From a bacterium (GTDB lineage: Bacteria; Chloroflexota; Dormibacteria; Aeolococcales; Aeolococcaceae): a DNA stretch of 64,000 bases. Shown one piece after another: positions 1 through 8,494 of this stretch (position 1 is its first letter; every line of letters begins with the position of its first letter). The notes below the pieces were generated by a model. It did no database searches and was not told the origin of the DNA. It worked only from the letters and a program-made list of their open reading frames with translations. Position numbers and translations under genes: made by a program. The DNA lies in contig JACWAJ010000028.1 in NCBI GenBank assembly GCA_014874355.1, positions 489 through 64,488 on the forward strand, given 5' to 3'.

Positions 1-111
1 GGCCTCCTCTCCACAACCGGTGGCTATCTTGCCGGCAATGCCGGTATCCACCACCTCACTTCGAGCCTCGACTCCGTGTAGTTGGTTGGGATACAGATTT
101 CCGGATAGGCT

Positions 112-1761
112 CTAAACCTCGCCCCGTGCCGCCTCTACTGCATAGCGCGGTAGGTGTACATCCTCGCGACCGACAAAACGCATTGCTGCGGCAACATGAT
201 GGTGCCCGGCAACCTCATCTATCAGTCGGTGCATCTCCTGGCAGGTACGGCGATACGACGGGTGCCCCTGGGGTGAAGTGCGCAGCTCGATCATATGCAT
301 CGCCTCGCGCGCATTGAATTTCAGTGTGTAACGCAGACGGTGCCCCAAAGTGACGAGATAGGCAGCCTGTTCCGGCAGGTCAGGATACAGTGTGGCGTAG
401 GCAGATTCGGCAGCTTCGACCGCCTTACTCCAATGATCGCCAAGGCCGGCCGCGACCACCTCCTCAGGAATCGAATAGCCCAACGCGGGGGTGAGAGATT
501 GCCATTGGGAGGTCAGCATGCGATGCCGTTGCAGGTCTCGAAAAGCCCCGTAATCGGAAATCACTTCGAACGTGTAGTCGCAGTACTCGAAACCACGCCC
601 CGGCTTGTGCCGCCGGTTGCGGCGATCGCCAACGATCTGCGCGAACACCGCCGCGCGACGATCCTCTGGCAAGGCGGCCACCGCCGCAAGCACATCATCG
701 AAGCCGCTCCTGGCATGCGGGTACAACGCACCCGCAATAATCTTGTTCTCGCCATCCTTGTCCCAATCCAGCAGGCGGACGCCAGGGTCGACATGCGCAG
801 GGGCAGCCCCGATATCCACCGCCACATGCGCCACCGCGTCACGCGTCCGCTCCAGGTACTCAACCCACACGCCACCGCGATCAGGACGGTCCATCCGCGA
901 CACGAAGTCGGGCACAGCGGCGCGCAGTTCTTGTGCTATCAACTCGGCATAACTTTGCGCCTCGGGCAGAGGATGTGCCCGAAGCCGAAACACCATCTGT
1001 TCGAATGCCTGCGGCGACGCGAAAACCCCGACGTTGCTAACGGTTCCTGCAGGCAGCAGGCCTCGCAGGATGTCGAGTGTCAGTGCAGAAATCGCCCGAC
1101 GCCGCGCCGCGGCGTCCTCCTGCTGGGGAAGCGTCGTGTCCAGATGCTCGCGCAAAGGTTCTCTAAGCCCACGATATGCGTCAAAGAGCCCGTCCATAGC
1201 CGTGACATACACGTCGCGATGGGACGACGCCAGCACCTCTGGATCGCGGTGGTAGCGGAACCATCCGTCACGGTGGTCGGCATAGGGGATGTAGCGCGTC
1301 GACTGTTCCAGATAGGCGGCAAGCCGTCCCCACTCGATCGCCTTGGTCAGTAGTTGCGACACCTGCTCACAGGCAATGTGCACGCCACCCAGTTGGGCTA
1401 CCGAGTCATCACCGAACTCACTGACGACACGGCTGAAGAGATCGCTGGCGTGGGCCACCCCAGCCCCACCCACAATCCCTCCTGGCTCACCGTCGGCAGC
1501 CAGAAACTCATCCAGCAGCAGCCGGCGCAGGTTCTTGGAACTGCGGCTGTAGCGAGCAAAGAGTGCAGCCGCGGTGACCTGCGGCAGACCCGTGAGCGCA
1601 AACACCGGGCGGTCGACATTGCTGACATAGCGGCCGAGCGTGAGCAGTTCCGATGGAGTGAACTGTTCGACGTGGTAGGGACTCGCCGGGGCTTCTCGGA
1701 TCATCGACACCTCCCGGCTCGTGGCATGCCCACGAGCTGTGAGCGGGACTCTACGCGGCAT
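112..1761 (-). CDS. thyX: ThyX-family FAD-dependent thymidylate synthase-like protein, long two-domain form
   Basis: The C-terminal half has the ThyX signature ...YTFEVISDYGAFRDLQRHRMLTSQWQS (the RHR-x7-S motif). At 549 aa it is about twice normal length, and the N-terminal half looks like a degenerate duplicate. Confidence 0.55.
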   Translation of the reverse strand: MPRRVPLTARGHATSREVSMIREAPASPYHVEQFTPSELLTLGRYVSNVDRPVFALTGLPQVTAAALFARYSRSSKNLRRLLLDEFLAADGEPGGIVGGAGVAHASDLFSRVVSEFGDDSVAQLGGVHIACEQVSQLLTKAIEWGRLAAYLEQSTRYIPYADHRDGWFRYHRDPEVLASSHRDVYVTAMDGLFDAYRGLREPLREHLDTTLPQQEDAAARRRAISALTLDILRGLLPAGTVSNVGVFASPQAFEQMVFRLRAHPLPEAQSYAELIAQELRAAVPDFVSRMDRPDRGGVWVEYLERTRDAVAHVAVDIGAAPAHVDPGVRLLDWDKDGENKIIAGALYPHARSGFDDVLAAVAALPEDRRAAVFAQIVGDRRNRRHKPGRGFEYCDYTFEVISDYGAFRDLQRHRMLTSQWQSLTPALGYSIPEEVVAAGLGDHWSKAVEAAESAYATLYPDLPEQAAYLVTLGHRLRYTLKFNAREAMHMIELRTSPQGHPSYRRTCQEMHRLIDEVAGHHHVAAAMRFVGREDVHLPRYAVEAARGEV

Positions 1762-1937
1762 GAGGCGTGAGGTCGACTACCAGCTGACGGTCCAGATGGA
1801 TGGGCAGGTCGTCTCCAACACCAACGGGACTCTGGCGGGCTCTGACGGCGCGCTATCGGACCCCATCACGTTCGATTGGGGAAGTAGCGGATCCTCCGCG
1901 TCGCCCTCGCCCTCGTCCCGCGGGTAACACGATCAGA

Positions 1938-2795
1938 ATGGAAATCGCGCGAATCGGAATCGTTGGTGCCGGGATCATGGGCTCGGGCATAGCCGGGGTC
2001 TTTGCCCGTCAGGGGTTCACCACGATCGTCTGCGACGTCGACAGCAAGGCGCTCGCAGATGGAAAGACTCAGATCGAGAAGTCGCTGGCACGTGGTCGCC
2101 AGACCGGCAAGCTCAGCGAAGCCGACGCCAAGCGCATCCTCGGCCAGTTGCGGTTCTGTACCTCGCTGGATGAGCTGTCGCGTTCGGACCTCATCATCGA
2201 AGCCATCGTCGAACGTCTGGACATCAAGCTCGATGTCTTCGCGCGCCTCGACGAACTCACCCCCGATCACACCATCCTGGCGTCGAACACCTCGTCGCTG
2301 CCGCTCATCGAGCTTGCCAAAGCCACCCACCGCCCCGATCGCGTCGTTGGCATGCACTTCTTCAACCCTGCCCCCGTCATGAAGCTGCTGGAGCTCGTCC
2401 GCAGCATCGCAACCAGTGACGAGACCCTGGCAACCGTGCGCCAACTCGGGGAGAAGCTGGGCAAGACCGTCATCGTGGCCCAGGACCGGGCCGGATTCAT
2501 CGTCAACCTCCTGCTCATCCCGTACATCGCCAATGCCATACGCCTATTCGAATCCGGCTTTGCCAGCCGTGAAGACATCGATACCGGGATGAAGCTCGGT
2601 TGCAGTCACCCGATGGGCCCGCTGGAACTGGTCGACTACGTCGGCCTCGACACCACACTCTTCGTCTGCGAAACGCTCCATGCCGAATACGGCAACCCTG
2701 AGTACGCGCCACCAACGCTGCTCCGGCGAATGGTCGCCGCCGGGTACCTCGGCCGCAAGAGCGGTCGCGGATTCTACGAGTACCCGCCCCGCTAA
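1938..2795 (+). CDS. hbd: 3-hydroxyacyl-CoA / 3-hydroxybutyryl-CoA dehydrogenase
   Basis: Rossmann motif IGIVGAGIMGSGIA; conserved HFFNPAPVMKLLE and NTSSLP motifs. The ATG at 1938 (MEIARIG) was chosen inside the longer ORF. Confidence 0.85.
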   Translation: MEIARIGIVGAGIMGSGIAGVFARQGFTTIVCDVDSKALADGKTQIEKSLARGRQTGKLSEADAKRILGQLRFCTSLDELSRSDLIIEAIVERLDIKLDVFARLDELTPDHTILASNTSSLPLIELAKATHRPDRVVGMHFFNPAPVMKLLELVRSIATSDETLATVRQLGEKLGKTVIVAQDRAGFIVNLLLIPYIANAIRLFESGFASREDIDTGMKLGCSHPMGPLELVDYVGLDTTLFVCETLHAEYGNPEYAPPTLLRRMVAAGYLGRKSGRGFYEYPPR

Positions 2796-3238
2796 TTTGG
2801 GCCCCCTGAGGACGGCGGCGCCGAACCGGGATGCATCTGTGGCGCCTCGAGAACGTGGAGTCGCAAGCTCTGCATCTGCCGGCCCTCGTACCAGAACTCG
2901 ATAGCGTAGAGACCGGCCGCCCCAAACATCGGCTGCATCAGGGTCACGGTGGGGATGGTCACCTCGCCGTCAGGTGATGGCGAAGGCCCGGTGGCCTGAA
3001 ATTGGAGGCTGGCAGGAGCCACAACCAGATGTCCATCGCCGTCAACCAATCGAACTTCCACCGTGTGCGTGCGTCCCACGTCGGCCGCGATGAAGCGGAA
3101 CTGCGCCACCACTGAGAACTCGGCCCGGCCCGGGAGTTGCGGCAGGGCCACCCCACTGAAGCCTCCGCCCAGAACGTAAAGCTTGCCATCAGGCGGCACA
3201 CTGGCACGGTCGGCGAAGAAGGCGAAGGTCAATTCCAT
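2792..3238 (-). CDS. hypothetical protein
   Basis: 148-aa ORF with coding-like composition and no recognisable motif. Confidence 0.35.
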   Translation of the reverse strand: MELTFAFFADRASVPPDGKLYVLGGGFSGVALPQLPGRAEFSVVAQFRFIAADVGRTHTVEVRLVDGDGHLVVAPASLQFQATGPSPSPDGEVTIPTVTLMQPMFGAAGLYAIEFWYEGRQMQSLRLHVLEAPQMHPGSAPPSSGGPN

Positions 3239-3343
3239 GGCACGAAGCTTGCCACGTTGAGAGTAACCCGTGACAGGCTGCTGGCTCTGACGCCTATCAT
3301 CGAATATCCTGATCTTGCATCACTCGACACAGAGGAAGACACC

Positions 3344-3613
3344 ATGAGTTACCTACGCGGTTTTGTTCACGGTGCAGTCATTGGCGCCGCCGCCGGGATT
3401 TGCTTCGCTCCTCAAGCCGGCAAGCAGACACGCGAACAGCTGTCGAGATGCTCGGATGCGTGCATGGATTGCTGCCACACCATCGAAAAAACGGTGCATA
3501 AGATGGCCCCTCTGGTCGCGCCACTGATGAGCCGGATGCGCAACGAGCCCATCGAAAGCGACATCTACACAGACGAGAGTGACGCCACCGTGCACATCCA
3601 CGACGAGCCCTAA
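3344..3613 (+). CDS. small YtxH-like membrane protein
   Basis: About 89 aa: MSYLRGFVHGAVIGAAAGICFAPQAGKQTREQL, one transmembrane helix with a glycine zipper. The ATG was chosen inside the 3137..3613 ORF. Confidence 0.4.
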   Translation: MSYLRGFVHGAVIGAAAGICFAPQAGKQTREQLSRCSDACMDCCHTIEKTVHKMAPLVAPLMSRMRNEPIESDIYTDESDATVHIHDEP

Positions 3614-3713
3614 CAGGGCGATGAAAATCTGACGATTTTCACGCCTGGGTCAAGAAGGTGCCGGCTCACGGCGGGCCAAGCCCGCCTACACCGGAGAATT
3701 GCTCAGCAGGCTT

Positions 3714-4154
3714 TTAAGGCGTGCGCAACACCGATCGGGATTGACCGACCTCGGCATCTCCGAGGGTGCCTAGTCCTGCAAGGACAGCCAGCACACCGAA
3801 TACGGTGTCGAAGATGTTGACCACCACGGGGAAGTGGAGGCCCGCAACACCGGTGCTTGCCTGAGCGTTGTCCCCCACAACCAAGCCGAGGGCGGCGAGC
3901 ATCAGCAGGAAGATTCCGGCCGCCAGGACGAGCAGACGCCCGCCGCTACGGCTGGCAAACAGGCCCACGTAGGCAAACAGAACGAACATCAGCAGATCGA
4001 CGGCATCGCGAGCCCACGTCATCTGCAGTGTGATTCCGCCAAGGTTGCCGCCGGCCTCACCCGTGGTCACCGCATTGGCATTGCCGAGGAACAGCCCGCC
4101 TACACCGACAATGAGGAAGACGAGCATGCAAACCTGTGCGTAGAAGCGAGCCAT
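3714..4154 (-). CDS. hypothetical integral membrane protein (DUF4383-like)
   Basis: Four hydrophobic segments with Gly/Ala-rich helices. Confidence 0.45.
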   Translation of the reverse strand: MARFYAQVCMLVFLIVGVGGLFLGNANAVTTGEAGGNLGGITLQMTWARDAVDLLMFVLFAYVGLFASRSGGRLLVLAAGIFLLMLAALGLVVGDNAQASTGVAGLHFPVVVNIFDTVFGVLAVLAGLGTLGDAEVGQSRSVLRTP

Positions 4155-4229
4155 GATTCTCTCCAGGAAAGCCTAAGAACGGATCCGTGAACGCCGATCC
4201 GGCATCATAACCGCCAGCCGTTGAACCAC

Positions 4230-4991
4230 TCAGTCCTCAACTTGACCATGCCGCGCCAAGACCACCGTGACGTTGTCGCGAGAGCCGGCCTCGAGCGCCA
4301 GCGAGCAGCAGCCTGCGGCAGCGCGTGCCAGGTCGCCGGTGGCCCACAACCGCCCCAGCAGTTCGTCTTCGACCGCTTCCCAGATCCCGTCTGAACAAAG
4401 TGCCAGCGTACTCTCGCCGTCCCAATCCACACTCACGATCTCTGGCACCACGGGATCTCCCGTCACCGCTCTAGTCAGCATCGAGCGACGCGAATCACGA
4501 CGAGCTTGCTCTGAAGTGAGTTCCCCGGCTACGACGAGATCGGCCACCGCCGAGTGGTCGCGGGTCAGGATCCTAAATCCGCCCTCCGCATCGCACATGT
4601 AGGCCCGGCTATCGCCGACATGCACAACCTGGAGACTCCGCAACGTAAGACACGCGGCGACAAGCGTCGTGCCCACAATGCCACCGCCAAAGGTGGCGCG
4701 CACCCGGCCGACCGCTTCGGTTGCCGCCCGCACCGCCGCCTCGGGATCGGCACCGTCGCCGAAATGGGACAAAACTGCCTGCAGCGCCGCAGCCGCCGCT
4801 TCACCTCCATGGCCGCCACCGCCCAGACCATCGGCCAAAGCTATCGCCACGCCCTCCGGCGTCGCAACGCAGCCGAAGCGATCCTGATTCTCGGAGCGTA
4901 CCCGGCCGATGTCACTGACAGCCGCGATCTCGATACTGCCTCCACCAACAGTGTGAACAGAGCGCTCGACCCTGTCCGGGTCGACGCTCAT
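4230..4991 (-). CDS. PP2C-family Ser/Thr protein phosphatase
   Basis: Motifs DRFG, ALADGLGGGG, VHVGDSRAY, LCSDG and GSRDNVTVV typical of PPM phosphatases. Confidence 0.8.
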   Translation of the reverse strand: MSVDPDRVERSVHTVGGGSIEIAAVSDIGRVRSENQDRFGCVATPEGVAIALADGLGGGGHGGEAAAAALQAVLSHFGDGADPEAAVRAATEAVGRVRATFGGGIVGTTLVAACLTLRSLQVVHVGDSRAYMCDAEGGFRILTRDHSAVADLVVAGELTSEQARRDSRRSMLTRAVTGDPVVPEIVSVDWDGESTLALCSDGIWEAVEDELLGRLWATGDLARAAAGCCSLALEAGSRDNVTVVLARHGQVED

Positions 4992-5677
4992 GCGACCGCA
5001 GTCTGGCCGGCGACCTCATCGGAGGCGGCATGGCCGAGAACTAGGCGAACGACTTCGTCAGCACACTCCACCGGGTCGAGACATTCAATGACGGTCATTC
5101 CCAGCTTCGCGGCCGCGTCGGTGTTGCACTTCAAGTCGTCGACAAACAGGCACTCACTGGGCTCGACGCCAAGACGGCGGCATGCAAGTCGATAGATGGC
5201 CGGATCGGGCTTGCGCAATCCAACCTGTGAGGAGTCGACGATGGCGTCGAAGAGTTCGTCGACCGGCGCCACTCGGCGCAACATCTTGTCGCCATCGGCC
5301 CACATGTTGGTGAGCAGCGCAGTCCGCACCCCGCTGCCACGCAACTGCCGGACCGCATCCTGCATCGCGCCACACGCGGCAATATCTCGCCCGAACACTG
5401 CCACCTCGGCCTCCGCCGGAGCAATCAACGGGTTACCGGCGGCAGCGTAGCGACGGCACAGCCGCACGAAGAATTCGGAGTAGGAGATCTGCCCCGTCTC
5501 CAACAAATGGAGATCGTGCGCCCCCGTCGGCAGGTGATAGACGCCTTGAAACTCAGCCAGAAAGAACCGGACCAGACCCAACATCTCATCGGAAACGTGG
5601 GAATAGTCCTGGTAGAGGGGTTCGGTCATCACACCGCCAAAATCGAAGATGGCGGCTCTAAGCGGCACTATAGGCAT
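4988..5677 (-). CDS. HAD-superfamily hydrolase
   Basis: DxG motif IFDFGGV; LLTN; a C-terminal region typical of HAD subfamily IA. The start was set at MPIVPL. Confidence 0.7.
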   Translation of the reverse strand: MPIVPLRAAIFDFGGVMTEPLYQDYSHVSDEMLGLVRFFLAEFQGVYHLPTGAHDLHLLETGQISYSEFFVRLCRRYAAAGNPLIAPAEAEVAVFGRDIAACGAMQDAVRQLRGSGVRTALLTNMWADGDKMLRRVAPVDELFDAIVDSSQVGLRKPDPAIYRLACRRLGVEPSECLFVDDLKCNTDAAAKLGMTVIECLDPVECADEVVRLVLGHAASDEVAGQTAVA

Positions 5678-5753
5678 AAGCGCTCCAGAAAGAGGATCTT
5701 GTCGAAACCCCATTGTGGCACGCACGCGCGGGTCGCGTGGTTACTCTGGCAGC

Positions 5754-6353
5754 ATGAACCTGGCCCTGGTATTGAACGACCGTCCCTACGCCATCGCCTT
5801 TGCGCTCAGCATCGCCGCCTGGATGACACTGGAAAGCCGTCTCGTCCGGCGCGACTGGCACATTGGCATCCACCACATGCCCAACAGCGACCGGGGCAGT
5901 GCGCGATGGGTGCTCCTGGGCTTCTTTGCCGCGATAGCCGTCGCAATCGCCTGCACGCTCCAATTGGACAGGCTCAGCCTCGGCTCCACCGTGGCTCCCG
6001 CGCTGCTCGGCCTGATGCTGATGTGGGCGGGGATGGGCCTGCGCCTCTGGGCGGTGCTGACGCTGGGACGCTTCTTCCACCTTGTCGTCATGGTGGAGGA
6101 CGATCAGCGCGTAATCGATGCAGGACCGTACCGGGTGCTGCGCCACCCCTCATACGCCGGCGCGATGCTCACGCTGGTCGGGATTGGCGTGGCACTGGCA
6201 AACTTCGGCGCCATGGTGGCCTGCATACTGCTGCCCGCAATCGGGCTGTGGCGCCGGATCACCACCGAAGAGAACGTCCTCCGCCAAAACCTGGGCGAGG
6301 CCTACATCGCCTATGCGAAGCGAACCAAACGGCTCATACCCGGGATCTGGTAA
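5754..6353 (+). CDS. isoprenylcysteine carboxyl methyltransferase (ICMT)/phospholipid methyltransferase family membrane protein
   Basis: Multiple transmembrane helices; C-terminal GPYRVLRHPSYAGAML motif of the ICMT/PEMT family. Confidence 0.7.
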   Translation: MNLALVLNDRPYAIAFALSIAAWMTLESRLVRRDWHIGIHHMPNSDRGSARWVLLGFFAAIAVAIACTLQLDRLSLGSTVAPALLGLMLMWAGMGLRLWAVLTLGRFFHLVVMVEDDQRVIDAGPYRVLRHPSYAGAMLTLVGIGVALANFGAMVACILLPAIGLWRRITTEENVLRQNLGEAYIAYAKRTKRLIPGIW

Positions 6354-6374
6354 GAGCCTATTAGGCTCTAAAGG

Positions 6375-7016
6375 CTACGTCGTGCCGAAGTAACGGTCGC
6401 CAAAGTCACCCAACCCCGGCACGATGAACTTGCGCTCGTTGAGCTGGCGATCGACGGTAGCGGCGAAGACGCGCACGTCAGGGTGCCGCGCCCGGAGCGC
6501 GGCGATGCCCTCGGGGGCTGCGACGACGCACGCCAGGCGAATGCGCTGCGCCTGCTGTTCCTTGAGCAGTTCGACGGTGGCAATCGCCGACCCTCCGGTG
6601 GCCAGCATGGGATCGAGAATGATGGTCTCCGCGCTGGCCAGTTGGGCCGGCAGCTTCTGGTAGTAGCTGCGCGCAATGGCGGTCGCCTTGTCGCGCTCCA
6701 GCCCCACGAAGCCGACCTTGCTACCCGGGACGAAGTCGCTCATAGCGTCGAGCATGGCTAGACCCGCACGCAACACCGGAACGAAGATGACACTGCGGTC
6801 GAGTACGCGCCCGCGGCACAGCTCCAGCGGGGTTGCGACATCAACCTCACGGCAGGGCAGATCCGCCAGGACGTGAAATGCCAGGATCAACGTCAGCAGC
6901 CGGGCATGGCGTCGGAAGTCGTCGGTGGTGGTGCCGGCGTTTCGCAGGGTCACCAGCGACGTGTCGACCAGCGGGTGGTCGACAACTACGAGGCCGTCGC
7001 TCGGAGGGGCGGTCAT
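6375..7016 (-). CDS. upp: uracil phosphoribosyltransferase
   Basis: VVDHPLV..., RAGLAMLD, PRPP-binding ILDPMLATGGSA, FIVPGLGDFGDRYFGT. Confidence 0.9.
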   Translation of the reverse strand: MTAPPSDGLVVVDHPLVDTSLVTLRNAGTTTDDFRRHARLLTLILAFHVLADLPCREVDVATPLELCRGRVLDRSVIFVPVLRAGLAMLDAMSDFVPGSKVGFVGLERDKATAIARSYYQKLPAQLASAETIILDPMLATGGSAIATVELLKEQQAQRIRLACVVAAPEGIAALRARHPDVRVFAATVDRQLNERKFIVPGLGDFGDRYFGTT

Positions 7017-7056
7017 CACCGTGAAGCTTAGTCTGTATCCCCACATCGGGGTCCGA

Positions 7057-7541
7057 TTAGAGACTGAGAGATCCGGAGTGGCGCCCACAGTGCGCGTGGC
7101 CGCTGTTTCGCAACGCCGTCTTCGCCAGCCGGCGCATGTGTCGAAGACCTCGCAGTTCGTAGATGAGGAAACCGGGCCAGTCTCGCAGCTGTGTCGGCGC
7201 GAAACGGAAACGCACGTGCAACCCGTGGTTTCGATAGTGGCGGAAGAAGTACGGCGCCCGCAAATGCCATGACGACGTCACCACGGTCACCCGGCTCACG
7301 CCCGGCATGGCCAGGATCAACTTCAGACACTCCGTAGCATTCTCGGCTGTGCTCATGCTCCACTCTTCGAGTACCAGCGGAACATTGGCGCCACTCCACG
7401 CCGCCGCCATCTGCCTGGCCTCGGAATCGCCCTTGGCTCCCCGGCGGCAAGGAAATCGGGATCGAGATGAACGTCCTGCCGGGCATGACCCAGCACCACG
7501 ATCACGGTGTCGGAGTGAGGAGCCTCGGGTGGGGTCATCAT
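7057..7541 (-). pseudogene. DUF218 (YdcF/ElyC-like) gene split by a frameshift/indel near 7440
   Basis: The N-terminal motif DTVIVVLGHA (7353..7541 frame) and the C-terminal motifs SEARQM...STAENA...VVTSSWHLRAPYF (7057..7410 frame) are in different frames. About 30 aa between them are missing. Confidence 0.5.
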
Positions 7542-8494
7542 CGCGTCCGGGTCACCTTGCTGAGTCCACGCGAGGCGTCGGGATCCTCACCCTGGCGTCG
7601 TGCCCAGGCCACGGCCAGTCGCTGACCGAGCACCACACCGGCAATGGCATCCAGGCACGCATCACCGCACGATGGTACGACATGGTCCAGGTCGATCATG
7701 TGCACGTGTTCGCAGCGGGAGAGCGCCGGTGCATTCACATCGTCACCCCGCAGCAGTGCCAGTGTGACCTCCCCCGTCGCCACCGGACCGTGAAGGTAGT
7801 CCACGATCGACTCCGCGGCAACGGTCCAGCCAGCGATCTCGGCGAACTTGAGCGCGATCTCGTCGGCCTCCCACTGCGCCGCAAGACTGGAGCAGACGAT
7901 GGTTCGTGGCGACTCCCGGGGCAGGAGCGCTTCGATATCCAGGTCGTTCATGTCAACAACGGTGGCGACGGCGGCAACGAAGGCATCGAGTTGCTTTCCA
8001 GAGACGTCGCCAGCCAGCAGACGGATCGCCAGCGCCTGCGCGGTCACCGTCTTGGTCGCGGCCACAACGCGCTCGTCACCGGCGGTACAGGCGATGACCA
8101 TATCGGCCGCCGCGCCGAGTGTCGACGCCACCGAGTTCACAACCGCGATGGTCGTCACCCGCTGAGACCGAGCTGCCTTGACCACGGCCAGGAGCGCATG
8201 GGTTTCACCGGATTGAGAGACCACGACGAGTACGTCGCGACTATCCAATAGCGGCAACGGCACCCCGGCTCCAGGCGCCGCAAGCACGGTGGCGGGCAGA
8301 TGCGCCACAACCTCCAGCGCGGCAGCACCGATACCCGCCGCGTGGCGGCTGGAACCGATACCGGCAAGCCGGACCACCCGGCATCCGGCAAGAACCTGGC
8401 GAGCCTGGCTGAGTGCTGAGGCGTTGACGGTGCCGAGGCGCCGCAGTACCTCCGGCTGCTCGGAGATGTCTTCGAGAATGCGGGGAGTGCTCAC
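7538..8494 (-). CDS. SIS-domain sugar-phosphate isomerase/deaminase (NagB-II/AgaS-like)
   Basis: Two SIS repeats (VVVSQSGET...); 4-bp overlap with nagA. Confidence 0.7.
   Translation of the reverse strand: MSTPRILEDISEQPEVLRRLGTVNASALSQARQVLAGCRVVRLAGIGSSRHAAGIGAAALEVVAHLPATVLAAPGAGVPLPLLDSRDVLVVVSQSGETHALLAVVKAARSQRVTTIAVVNSVASTLGAAADMVIACTAGDERVVAATKTVTAQALAIRLLAGDVSGKQLDAFVAAVATVVDMNDLDIEALLPRESPRTIVCSSLAAQWEADEIALKFAEIAGWTVAAESIVDYLHGPVATGEVTLALLRGDDVNAPALSRCEHVHMIDLDHVVPSCGDACLDAIAGVVLGQRLAVAWARRQGEDPDASRGLSKVTRTR

Noticed and set aside
1-111. Possible gene running off the left window edge
   Set aside because: Only about 100 nt are available, which is insufficient to call.
3625-3687. 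AT-rich 8-bp hairpin (TGAAAATC-TGAC-GATTTTCA) and a GC hairpin (GGCGGGC-CAA-GCCCGCC) between the convergent small membrane-protein genes
   Set aside because: They are plausible terminators, but the stems are short and lack U-tracts. Confidence was too low to list them as features.
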